64,000 nt of DNA from Octopus sinensis (Eukaryota): NCBI RefSeq assembly GCF_006345805.1, contig NC_043002.1:92628001-92692000 (forward strand), in the 5' to 3' direction. Both the position numbers and the translations under genes were made by a program. The notes beneath the pieces were generated by a model that searched no databases, was not told the DNA's origin, and worked only from the letters and a program-made list of their open reading frames with translations. Positions 11,771 to 23,990 of this stretch are shown here, in pieces (positions within the stretch are counted from its first letter, which is position 1; each line of letters starts with the position of its first letter).

Positions 11771-12884
11771 GAACCTACTTACGTATGTCAATATCTGTAC
11801 CTGCTCCTGAGTTTGGCTTTGTCGTGGCGCGGAAGCTTGCGTATTCCGTAGATCCGAGAGAACCTTACCGCATCTAGCTTTGCTCCCGGGAAGGCCACTC
11901 TAGGCGAGCCGGTTTCCTAGAAAGATTTCAGATTAACGGCGACCCGTGGCGCGTCTGCTTGTCGCTTAGATAGCAGCCTCAGCATCCGACTATTCTACGG
12001 AGGACCAACATCTCGCCCGGAAGAACATTCAGAATGTTACCACACCAACCAGAAGAAACCGGGCTGCTCAACATCGGAACGGACTTCTGCATGCTCCCGA
12101 TTAATGAGAAATATACAGCGAGACTGGCACTGGACCGCCAACGATGGATAAGGGGATATAGTGGACCTGGTCTGCTCTATGGACGATGCCGTCCATCGAG
12201 CAAAAGCATAAGCATAAGCAGAACAATGTGAAAGAACGTGAACAGGAAGCGACCCATGGATCTGCTCCAAATACTTTCTACTGAGAGAACGTTACCGTCT
12301 GGAGCTTTGCCCCTAGGAGGGCCAGTCTAGGCGGGCCAGTAGCGAGAGGTAGTGTTGAAGAATGCAATCTGTTTCACGTACGTATAAGGCGGCAAGCTGG
12401 CAGAATCGTTACTACGCCAGACAAAATACTAAACGGCATTTCGTCCCTCTTTACGTTCTGAGTGCAAATTCTGCCTACGTCATCGTCTCGGGGTCGATAA
12501 AATAAGCACCAGTTGAGCACTGGGTTCGATGTAATGGACTTACTCACTTCCCCTGAACTTGCTCGCCTTGTGCGAAAATGTGTTATAGGTACCACCAAAA
12601 TTATTTTGCCCCCTTGATTTCAACATGACTTACATCAAATAACCAAATAAGAATGTATTTTATAGACTTGACGGAACGAAAACAAAGAAATGGACACAAG
12701 AAGCAGACATATTACCCGTGCAGCCATCGGAACGAAGGGATATGAGCCACTGAATGTTTCTTGGTTTCGGATCATCAGATGTCTATTGAACCTAATTTAG
12801 CGGACAAATTTACTGGTTTTGCAGCTTTAGCTATGTACTCTAACCTCCAGATTGGGTGATTAAAGGGTGACTTATCTCCAATTT

Positions 12885-12933
<49 letters not shown>

Positions 12934-13054
12934 CACATACGTACATATACACACACTAACACACAAACACACAGACGCACGCACACGCACACACACTAAC
13001 ACATAAACACAGACACAGACGAATACACACACACAGACTCACACACATGTTATA

Positions 13055-13668
13055 TATGGTCTGATCAATAAGTATCCGGACTGTTGCCATAGTGACGAAG
13101 CTAAAGTACGCAGAGTAAAGCCGCTTGGTACAGAATGATTTTGAACTCTGCTGTGCATACGCACCAAGTTTTAACGTTGTAGCTCAATTCCGCTGTTTAC
13201 AGCAGTGCTTGGAAGTAACGTGTGTAGCGTGTGTTCGTCGCATTAACCATGACACATCTGAAAACTCACGGATGGTGATTCGACGATTTCCCATCACAGC
13301 TGCACGCACATCCGCTATGCCTTTCTCAGTTCTGCTGGTTGCGGGTCTCCCAAAGCATTTGTCAATATCGACGTTTCCTCGGCCATCTTGGAAACATGTG
13401 AACCACCCGTACACTCGTGTGCGACTCATACACTCCTCTCCATACACTTTCTGCAACTTTGCGTAGGCCTCTGAGCAAGTATCGTCATGACAATTTTCTC
13501 TGTAATGGTCAATGCGACGATCACGCGTTACACACGTTACTTCGAAGCACTGCTGTAAATAGCGAAAGTGAGCTGAGGTCAAGGTCAATCTGTGCGAAGC
13601 GGCTTCACTTTGTGTACTCTAGCCTCGTTACTATGGCAACAGTCTTGATACATATTGATCAGACCTCG
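13055..13668 (-). mobile_element. Non-autonomous mariner (Tc1/mariner) derivative with long inverted ends and an N-terminal transposase HTH remnant
   Basis: Ends GGTCTGATCAATAAGTATCCGGACTG / CAGTCTTGATACATATTGATCAGACC; minus-strand AYAKLQKVYGEECMSRTRVYGWFTCFQDGR..GRPATSRTE..VMGNRRITIRE matches the mariner paired-like HTH region. Confidence 0.9.
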
Positions 13669-13692
13669 TGTGTGTGTATATATATATATATA

Positions 13693-13736
<44 letters not shown>

Positions 13737-14475
13737 TGTATATATATATATACTCTCATATTATGTAACGAACGCATGCATATAATCAGAAACACACAGA
13801 CACACACATGCACATAGCAACAGATACAAAAACGGACGGAGATACACACACACTGGTATCAATAGACCAACTTGACACTTATGCAATTTTGTCAACTGTT
13901 ATCTTTTCCTCCTTTCCTCCTCCTTCTCCTTTTTCTCCTCCCCTCTAATTTTATCTTCATTCTTCTCCCCCTTCCTCTACCCTCTCCTCCATCGCAACTT
14001 CTGATAAGAAGGAGTAAAGTTGATAAACACGATAGAAGTGACAGTTATTAGTGTCGAAATAATTACCAGAACTAATTTAAATATTTCAAGAATAATCATG
14101 GTCAGGTTGAGGTGGCGCATGAAGGACGAAATATATACATAAATAAATACATATAAATAAATAAATAAATAAATATAAATAGATAAATAAATAAATAAAC
14201 GCTGATATCTAACCAAGACAGGAAAAACGACACATTTTATGGGCCGGGTTTAGTGCCAATCTCTCCTCAGCCTTTCCAATAACCAGGTGGAACTTTATTT
14301 TGTCAGCCCTTCAAGGTCGTAAGGCGAAGTCAACCTTTACATAACTTAAACTCAGAACTTGAAGCGCCGTAGCTATGTGTATGTGTGTGTGTGTATGTGA
14401 GTGTGTGTGAGTGTGTGTGTTTGTCTGTGTGTTTGTATGTATGTATGTATGTATGTATGTATGTATGTATGTATG

Positions 14476-14509
<34 letters not shown>

Positions 14510-15059
14510 TGTATGTATGTATGTATGTATGTATGTATGTATTTATGCATGCAGGCGTAGCCGTGTCGTAAGAAGCTTGCTTCCCAACCACATGTTCCGG
14601 GTTCAGTCCCACTGCGTAGCACCATGATCAAATGTCTTCTACTGTAGCCTCTGGCCGACCAAAGTCACGTGAGTAGATTTAGTCAGTCAGACAGCAAATG
14701 CTAAACAATAAATACATCGGCCAAATGTTCAATAATGAAGTGAATAATAACCTGTGGTAGTGAACTCCAAGAAGCATTTACTTCTTAATGACTTCCCTTT
14801 CGAACGAACTCGATATGAAACAATTATCTCCGATGAGATATCTTTTGTTTCTTTGTTAGAAACCAACTTTCTGATTCTAGAAAGTATGCTAATAGGTAAA
14901 AAGAAAAAAAAACACACACACACATGCACGCTCATTCTTTTATTCTTTTACTTGTTCCAGTCATTAGAATGCGACTATGTTGGGGTACCGCTGTCACTAC
15001 CTCATTTTCATAATTATTCAATTGGATGTTTTCCTGAACCTTTTCAACCTAAATAGAAG

Positions 15060-16090
15060 AATGATGGCAGTCAACTCGTTTACCCTTTCGTGTATGATGG
15101 ATAAATTGAAAACCAAGGAAGATGCTGTTTCTTACTTGCAAGAGAAGGGTGTTATCCCAATAAGAAAATTATGAACAAAAGACACTCTAGGAAGAAGATG
15201 CTCCACGAGAGAATTTACTGGTGGTGCACCCGAAGAGGGTGCAACGAGGGTGTGTTTGTCAGAAAAGATACATGGTTGGAAGGTAGCAACTTTCCTCTTA
15301 GGACTGTAATGCTTTTCAATTACTCATGGGTAAAGAAACTGACTTTAGTACACCTCACTGCACAGCTGTTGATTACAACAGCTATATTCGGGAATTTTGT
15401 GGGGAGGACCTGCTCCGCAACCCAGTTCAGATTGGCGGTCTTGGGAAGATTGTTGAGATAAACGAAACAGTCTTCTCAAGACGTAAATACAACCGAGAAA
15501 GACGCTGCCTGAGCAGTGGCTTTTCGGCGGAGTGTGTCGCGAAACCAGACATGTTTTTCTTTATGCGGTGCCATGTCAGAATCACAGGAGGCGCAATGGC
15601 CCAGTGGTTAGGGCAGCGGACTCGCGGTCGTAGGATCGCGGTTTCGATTCCCAGACCGGGCGTTGTGAGTGTTTATTGAGCGAAAACACCTAAAAGCTCC
15701 ACGAGGCTCCGGCAGGGGATGGTGGTGATCCCTGCTGTACTCTTTCACTCACTACACTTTCTCTCACTCTTACTTCCTTTTCTGTTGTTACCTGTATTTC
15801 AAAGGGCCGGCTTTGTCACTCTCTGTGTCACGCTGAAATCCCCGAGAGCTACGTTAAGGGTACACGTGTCTGTGGAGTGCTCAGCCACTTACACGTTAAT
15901 TTCACGAGCAGGCTGTTCCGTTGATTCGGATCAACCGGAACCCTCGTCGTCGTACACCGACGGAGTGCTTCAAGTCAGAATCCCGACACTACAAGAGGAA
16001 TGCATACGTCTGTCGGTTCTTCCAGGAACCACAGTTTTCAGTGACTCGTGAAGTGCCTGCTCCCTCATTCTTGAAATTGATGGTTATGAT
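15060..16090 (+). pseudogene. Merlin / IS1595 (ISXO2-like) DDE transposase relic, frameshifted and split by a SINE
   Basis: WWCTRRGCNEGVFVRKDTWLEGS; IGGLGKIVEINETVFSRRKYNR; EQWLFGGVCRET; after the SINE, VLPGTTVFSDS*. These match the Merlin pattern IGGxGxxVEIDES..KYNRGR..WVFGG..PGTTIxSDxW. Confidence 0.85.
15587..15973 (+). mobile_element. SINE type A inserted in the Merlin transposase
   Basis: Near-identical to 149-541; GTCAGAATC duplicated at 15575-15583 and 15974-15982. Confidence 0.9.
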
Positions 16091-16124
16091 TTTCTACATA
16101 GAGCAACTCCTAGAAAAACTCCTA

Positions 16125-16504
16125 GGCGCAGGAGTGGCTGTGTGGTAAGTAGCTTGTTTACCAGCCACATGGTTCCGGGTTCAGTCCCACTGCGTGCCAC
16201 CTTGGGCAAGTGTCTTCTACTATAGCCTCGGGCCGACCAAAGCCTTGTGAGTGGATTTGGTAGACGGAAACTGAAAGAAGCCTGTCGTATATATGTATAT
16301 ATATGCGTGTGTGTGTTTATGTGTCTGCATTGCTTGACAGCCGATGCTGGTGTGTTTACATACCCGTAACTTAGCGGTTCAGCAAAAGAGGCCGATAGAA
16401 TAAGTACTGGGCTTACAAAAGAATAAGTCCCGGGGTCGAGTTGCTCGATTAAAGGCGGTGCTCCAGCATGGCCGCAGTCAAATGACTGAAACAAGTAAAA
16501 GAGA
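16125..16504 (+). mobile_element. SINE type B (GGCGCAGGAGTGGCTGTGTGGTAAG head, internal (TA)n(TG)n, AAAAGAG tail)
   Basis: Full consensus layout; about 20 further full or partial copies in the window. Confidence 0.9.
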
Positions 16505-16733
16505 GCAGTGAATATAAGGCTTCACTAACTCGAATAACGGATACACAAAAAACAACAAGTGGGAAAAAGCATCTGGGCCTGTATAAAATGAGGGACTCAC
16601 AGTTCTGTGGGATCCACCGTTCTTTGGCTGACTTGTATTTCTGCTAGTTTATGTGGCTCAGGGGATACGACGATTGTAATTTGTTCGAAAAACTCCTAGA
16701 ATGTACCTCAAACTTTCGCTACAAAATATATAT

Positions 16734-17163
16734 TACTCTTTTACTCTTTTACTTGTTTCAGTCATCTGATTGCATCCATGCTGGAGCATCGCATTTAATC
16801 GAGCAAATCGACCTCAGGACTTATTCTTTGGAAGCCTAGTACTTATTCTATCGGTCTCTATTGACGAACCGCTAAGTTACGGGGACGTAAACACACCAGC
16901 ATCGGTTGTCAAGCGATGTTGGGGGGGACAAACACAGACACAAAAACATATACACACACACACACCACGCACACACACACACACACACATATATATAATA
17001 TATACGACGGGCTTCTTTCATTTTCCGTCCACCAAATCCACTCAGAAGACTTTGGTCGGCCCGGGGCTATAGTAGAAGACACTTGCCCAAGGTGCCAGGC
17101 AGTGGGACTGAACCCGGAACCATGTGGTTGGTAAACAAGCTACTTACCACACAGCCACTCCTA
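16734..17163 (-). mobile_element. SINE type B, inverted relative to 16125-16504
   Basis: Reverse-complement match to the type B consensus. Confidence 0.9.
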
Positions 17164-17234
17164 CATATATATATATATATATATATGTATGTAATGCATA
17201 CATGTCGATTAATGTGTTGAACTGTTGAGTAGAG

Positions 17235-17600
17235 TACTAGTGTCATCCACAGTCGGGGTGATTCTGTGGGATCTACTTCAGGTATTCCGCAGTGTTAGTT
17301 GAGATAATAATGATAATAGTTTCTTAAGTAACCGGAAGATGGATTTGGTATAAATGTTTATTTTGTACAACGGTCATTTCCACCCGTCCTGCTACTTTCC
17401 GTTATGGGCGGGACGGACTCCGTTTCACCATGAGTTGCGTCAACTTTGCAGTCTGGGTCTCATCAGTACATCTATACACAATGGTTTGTGTCTCGCTAAA
17501 AATCCTGAGTTTTCGCCGTATTGGTTAGGGAATGAAGCATCGCTACAATATTCTGTTGGTATTGTCTTTTTCAATAAGAGTTGCAAACACTCGTAAATAC
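17235..17600 (-). mobile_element. One arm of a long-inverted-repeat element also present at 36666-37475
   Basis: Its reverse complement aligns with 36790-36831 plus 37244-37475 (GAGACCCAGACTGCAAA..GACCGTTGTACAAAATA..ATACCAAATCCATCTT..CCCCGACTG). Confidence 0.7.
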
Positions 17601-18029
17601 GGATAAATAAATGATTGTTGATGGAAAAAAAAAATTCGTAGGGGAAGTTAATGGAATGATAGGGATGGATTGAGTGATATTGGGTTTAAGACAGTGGAAT
17701 TGTTTAAGAGGAAGGAAGGAAAGGAGAGATATACATGTAGGCTGTAATATCTAGGGGACTAAAGGTTGTTTGGCTAGCCAGCTTAGATCAGGATGCGTAT
17801 ACATACATACACAGAGACACACTTTCGCTTCTACATGCACTCCCACAGGGAAGGTTGGTCACCCGGCCATCCGGTGAATCTCGGCCGTGAGTTGGTATAA
17901 TTTATGGTTGGAAGATAACCTTATGAGTTGAGTGTGGTCACCCTTGCCTCGAGACGGGTAGTTCGCAGACACTCTAACTCGCACGACGTCTATATCACTC
18001 AGGGTGGATCATACACTCCTACATCCTAC

Positions 18030-18071
<42 letters not shown>

Positions 18072-18089
18072 TAATATATATATACATAC

Positions 18090-18151
<62 letters not shown>

Positions 18152-18270
18152 AACTTACTTGGAAGTGGATACGTGGCGTTCCATCATAATATAATAACAA
18201 AATAATAAATAAAACATATGCATATATACATACACATATGTACGTACCTACATCGATATGTATATATACA

Positions 18271-18328
<58 letters not shown>

Positions 18329-18789
18329 TATATACGACGGTTTTCCTTCAGTTTCCGTTTACCAAATCCAATTACAAGGTTTTGGTCGGCCCGAGGCTAT
18401 AGTAGAAGACACTTGCCCAAGGTGCCACGTATACCCATATACGTACGCGTATCCATATGCATGTATCTACACATACATATACATACACTTACGCCTCCCT
18501 CATTCATCCCTACGCCCATAGATATACACATACACGTTTGCATACATTCACTCACACATGTATGTGAACATGTATGTTTACGTGCTCGTAACTCAGCGGT
18601 TCGTCGACAGAAACTGACAGAATAAGAACTAGTTTTACAAAGAATAAGTCCTGGAGTCGATTTCTTCAGCTAAAGGCGGTGCTCCAGCATGGCCGCAGTC
18701 AGATGATTGAAGCAAATGAAAGAATATCTTTAGGCTAATCAAATGTAAAAACAAAAACAAGAAAAACAACGAAATTTAAAAAGACACAC

Positions 18790-18910
18790 TCAGTTGATAT
18801 ACAAGATTGACGCTCAGAATACGTTTAAGATGAAATAAAAAGGTGTTGACGTTTCGAACATGGGTCTTCGTCAGAAAGGGGAAAGAGGAAAAAGTCCGGA
18901 GAGAGGGAAA
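18790..18910 (-). mobile_element. Penelope-type terminal fragment with a degenerate minimal hammerhead
   Basis: Minus strand CTGACGAAGACCCATGTTCGAAACGTC at about 18845-18877. Confidence 0.55.
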
Positions 18911-19875
18911 AGAATAGTCTTAGAGAAGCAGGTGTATCATTGCATGGTATCATTACAGGTGTATCATTACGTGGCAGAGTTCTGCAACATGGTACCTTTA
19001 TTTTTATCTGTGTCTTAAACTAGTGAAACACGTTGTTTTCCATTCGTTCCGCTTTTGAGCAAGGTTTTTTCTCAAAAGTCGAAAATAGTATTGCAATTCT
19101 TGAAGTTATTCTGAAGTTTATGCTTGCAACATGCAAGATAAACGATGCACAGGGCATTAGCTGTTCCAAAGCTGACGATAGAACAGATAGTTATGCCTCT
19201 GACGAGTAAGTGGTATGCAAAATACTCTAACCATTACAGGTAAGTTCTAGTTTGCCTTCCATTCAAATAGATATTCTCTGAGTATTTTCTTTACTCTTTT
19301 ACTCTTTCACTTATTTCAGTCATTTGACTGTGGCCATGCAGGAGCACTGCCTTTAGTCGAGCAAATCGACCCCAGAACTTATTCTTTGTAAGCCTAGTAC
19401 ATATTCTATCGGTCTCTTTCGCCGAACTGCAAAGTTACGGGGACGTAAACACACCAGCATCGGTTGTCAAGCGATGTAGGGGGGACAAACACAGACACAC
19501 AAACATACACACACACATACATATATATATCTATGGTTTTTTAATATATAAATATTATATTTTTTAAATGCCTACAACCTTAGTATGTTGACATCTATAG
19601 GCAATGAAAATTAAATTTACGTTTGACCATAGGCTGAAACAGCTGTAAGAAGTAATTTTTAGGATTTCATTAATTTATACTATGACTTTTAAAATCTGTA
19701 TTTGTATTATTATCTTATCTATTGATTTATATAATAATTTCGTATGCTTTTGATGTTCTCATTTGTAAAATGAATAAATAATCCAACATTATGATATCCG
19801 TAAGTTGATGAACAAACTAAATTTTTTTCTCTATTTTCCTTTTGTATTATATATACATACATACATAAGATATAT

Positions 19876-19918
<43 letters not shown>

Positions 19919-19923
19919 TATAT

Positions 19924-19957
<34 letters not shown>

Positions 19958-20526
19958 ATATACAACGGGCTTCTTTCAGTTTCCGTCTACCAAATCCACT
20001 CACAAGGCTTTGGTCGGCCCGAGGCTGTAGTAGAAGACGCTTTCCAAGGTGCCACGCAATGGGACTAAACCCAGAACCATGTGGTTCGTAAGCAAGCTAC
20101 TTACCACACAGCCCGTAAGAGGTAGTTGTCCTCTAAAGAGTAACGAAAAAAAAAGAAGTGAACATACAGTATGTCAGGACAATCTCCTTTATTTTTTTGT
20201 GTACGAAGAGAATAACAAGTTGTATAAACATTTGTTTACAGTTCCACAGCAAATAGGATTTGGTGGCTTACAAAGTATAAATATGACTACAATAAATTTA
20301 TCTAATATTCGTGTGTCCGTTTTTTTTGATAAATTATATTTTCATTCATATCGACATTTTGATTTTTTTTTACATGTGTGCATACATATACATATATATG
20401 CATACATGTACACACACACACACACACACGCACACTAACACACATTGCTGCATTTGTAATAAAAAAGATTTAATGAAAGAAAGACAAACAACGCTGAATG
20501 AGAGCACATAAATTGTGAAGTTGACT

Positions 20527-20562
<36 letters not shown>

Positions 20563-20638
20563 CATCACCATTACTGCTGCCGTTACTGTTACTGTAGCTA
20601 CTGCTACTGCTGCCACTAAAACTAATAATATTACTTTA

Positions 20639-20675
<37 letters not shown>

Positions 20676-21438
20676 CATTATTATTATTGCTAAGTAGTAG
20701 TAGTAATAGGAGGAGGAGGAGGAGGAGGAGTAGAAGGAGGAGGAGGAGGAGAAGAAGGAGGAGGAGGAGGAGGAGAAGGAGGAGGATGAAGAAGGGGAGG
20801 AAGGGGAGAGGAAGGAGGAGGGGGAATAATAATATGGCGACAGCTGGTGCCTTACAGTTATGTCATAATAAGGTAAAACTGTGTCCAGATGTCAGTTATT
20901 CATCTCACCTGCAACAACAACAACAACAACAACTACAACAACTACTACTACTACTACTAATACTACTACTACTAGAGCTACATGGCAAACATAACACACG
21001 CGTCTCATTTTTGGTTTTTTTTTTGTTTTTTCGTACTCTCAGATTCATTCGCTTCTGCATACAAAAACACCCACACAAACAGTCACACGAACACCGCGCA
21101 CATACATACGCCTACGCACACACCCACAAACCTGAAACACACACAGATACAGATGCATGCATATACATATGTAGATATATATAATATATATGTATGTATA
21201 TATATATATATGTAAAATATATATATTATATATATATATATATATAATATATATATATATTCCTGTGCATATATTATATATAATATATATGCACGAGGGT
21301 AGCTGTGTGGTAAGTAGCTTGCTTACCAACCACATGATTCCGGGTTCAATCACACTGCGTGATACCTTGGATAAGCGTCTTCTGCTATAGCCTCGGGCCG
21401 ACCAAAGCCTTGTGAGATGGAATCTGAAAGAAGCCTGT

Positions 21439-21476
<38 letters not shown>

Positions 21477-21679
21477 CGTGTGTGTGTGTGTCTGTCTGTG
21501 TTTGTCACACCACAACCGATGTTGGCGTGTTTACGTCCCCGTAACTTAGCGGTTTGGCAACAGACACAGATAAAATAAGTACTAAGCTTAGAAAGAAGCT
21601 GGGGTCGATCTGTTCGACTAAAGGCGGTGCTCCAGCATGGCCGCAGTCAAATGACCGAAACAATATATATATATATATA

Positions 21680-21805
21680 TTTGCTAAGATGATCTGGTTC
21701 TTGACTGATGACTGAGGGCTTCGAATGTCCCGTCCTGTGGTTCTTGTGTCGTCTCTGTGGTGTTTCATGTTCTTGTCCTGTCTGTATTTAATTTTACTGT
21801 TTACC

Positions 21806-21808
<3 letters not shown>
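21680..21808 (+). mobile_element. Penelope-type terminal fragment (family b) ending in (TA)n
   Basis: Same sequence inverted at 41450-41600 and 42190-42280; ends TTTTACTGTTTACC(TA)n; family assignment by analogy with the other (TA)n-abutting termini. Confidence 0.55.
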
Positions 21809-21837
<29 letters not shown>

Positions 21838-22608
21838 ATATATATATATGTATATTTAGGCGCAGGCGTGGCAAGAAGTTTGCTTCCCAACTATATGGTT
21901 CCTGGTTCGGTTCCACTGCGTGATACCATGGCGAAGTATCTTTTACTATAGCCTCGGGCCAACTAAAACCTTGAGTGGATTTGGTAGATGGAACTGAAAG
22001 AAGCCTATCGTGTTATATATGTGTGTTTGTGTGTGTGTGTGTATGTATGTATATATATATGTGTATGTATGTATGTTTGTATGTATGTATATATATATAT
22101 GTATGTATACATGTATCTATGTGCATGTCTTTGTGTTTCTGCTTGTCTCCCTATCATCGCTTTACAACCGGTGTTGGTGTTTTTACGTCCCCCTGGCCTA
22201 GCGGTTCGGCAAAAGAAAGACTAACAGAATAAGTACTAGGCTTTAAAAAAAGAAAGTCCTGGCTCGATTTGTTCAACTAAAGCCCTTCAAGGCGGTGCTC
22301 CTGCATGGCTGCAGTCAAATGACTGAAACAAGTAAAAGAATGGAAGAATAAAAGAATATATATGTTTCTTATAGAAACTAGGGAAAGTGTCCTCACTATA
22401 CGTAATAGAGCTTATTCATTCTTTCGAAGTTGATAATTCACTCCGCTGCTAGTGAGAGTTGCGTATTTTTTATTCTAGTACGGTAGACGTCCATATATTT
22501 TGAAGGAGGTGGCTTGCTGGTTTATCAAGCATATTGATTCTCTACTTGACTGGTATTTTATCTTATCGATCCACTTTTGAACAGTACTTTATCTTATGTA
22601 ATCAAATG

Positions 22609-23047
22609 GGATCTTTTCGGTTTGAACGGCAGTTTTTAACATAATTTCTAGGTAACTAAAAAATTTTAAACTTCGTATACTGGTAGAATGTGCTTATAAA
22701 ACATCTTTTTCTCTTGGCTTTATTGAGAAAATTCTATAGTTTGTAAGATATTTGTTGTTTTTTCTTCAATTTCTTCAATTTCTGCAATTTCAACCAATCG
22801 ATGACGTCCATTGAGGTAAACAACGTTACGTGCCGTATGAATATGTCCCTCGTTTAAGAAACAGATTGGGTTTATTTACATTTGTGAAGAAAAAAGATAC
22901 CCTTCCCCCCACCCCTAACCCTAACCCTAACTAACCCTAACCCTAAAATAGATTGAAATGCAATAGATCGATACTAGGGTCATAATTATGGGTGACAATT
23001 TCATATGACACCGCTAGAAAAAACTGCCGTTCAAACCGAAAAGATCC
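22609..23047. mobile_element. MITE with GGATCTTTTCGGTTTGAACGGCAGTTTT TIRs, 8-bp TSD and internal (TAACCC)n
   Basis: TSD ATCAAATG at 22601-22608 and 23048-23055; near-perfect TIRs; four other copies. Confidence 0.95.
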
Positions 23048-23704
23048 ATCAAATGTTTAAACTGTTTCTTTATTTTTTCTATCTGCAACTTGGAAGCTTC
23101 TGTATCTTATCGACGTCGCTATGATTTGTAGATAACGCTAAGTTCTGTAGGGTTTGTACTTAGAATATAAAAGGACATTAACTGAATACTGCAAGCCTGT
23201 TTTTTCGCGACCTTACCACCTCATCCAATCGACCGCCATTTTCCTCCACAGGTCTATTGACTCAGCTACGCTACTTCTCCCCACCCCAGCGGAGCTCTTT
23301 TGATTCTACCCGTCCTTTGCCCCTCCTGCAATATCCTTTGTTATGTCCACACAATGCCTGCATTTCAATAATTGATTTGTATTAACAAAGCAATGTTGCT
23401 TTAAACGAAGACTAGCTTTTGAGATGCATATGTTACTAATTTCTGGTTATTTCATATTTTTTGTTTTAGATAGGCCAGATAAGATAATAAAATGTAATGT
23501 TGTTGCTGTTCTTAATGTCACGATATGACTGAAATACTGCAAGTGAGGGATGTCAACTATCTTAATATGAAAATAAATACTTTTCATCGGTTGTTCAAAA
23601 GGGCAATGCTTATGATGTTTTGTAGGGCCTTCAGGATTTGCAGGGGAAAGTTGAGTGGAATGGAGAAATGTGTCCTAAAAGTGGAGAACCCAACCCGAAT
23701 GCTT

Positions 23705-23990
23705 ACAACAGAGTGAACTCCGCTAACGTTGCCCAGGGACCAGGTGGTTGCGTTACAGCCGAGTGGTCGCTGCTAAAGATACCCAGGAAATAGGTGAGAG
23801 TATTGCAACAGAGTGGACCCCACCAAAGGTTTCCAGGAACTAGGTGAGGGTATTGCAGCAGAGTGGACTCCGCTAAAGGTTCCTAGGAACCAGATGGTTG
23901 TGTTACTGCTATAGATACCCAGGAGCTGGGTGGGAGTATTGCAAAAGAATGGACTCTATTAAAGGTACCCAGGAAGTATGTGATAGTACT
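23705..23990. repeat. Degenerate ~50-bp minisatellite, about 5-6 units
   Basis: Recurring CAGAGTGGACTCCGCTAAAGG..CCAGGAA..GGTGAGAGTATTGCA. Confidence 0.8.

Noticed and set aside
12755-12800. Minus-strand CUGAUGA-UCC-GAAA hammerhead-like string
   Set aside because: No stem II and no properly placed NUH and stem I partner
20845-20915. Minus-strand segment bounded by acceptor-like GCAG and donor-like GTAAGG
   Set aside because: Stops in all three frames; at best a non-coding exon, no support
21695-21730. CUGAUGA..GAAU-GUC in PLE family b termini as a hammerhead
   Set aside because: GAAU instead of GAAA and no stem I pairing
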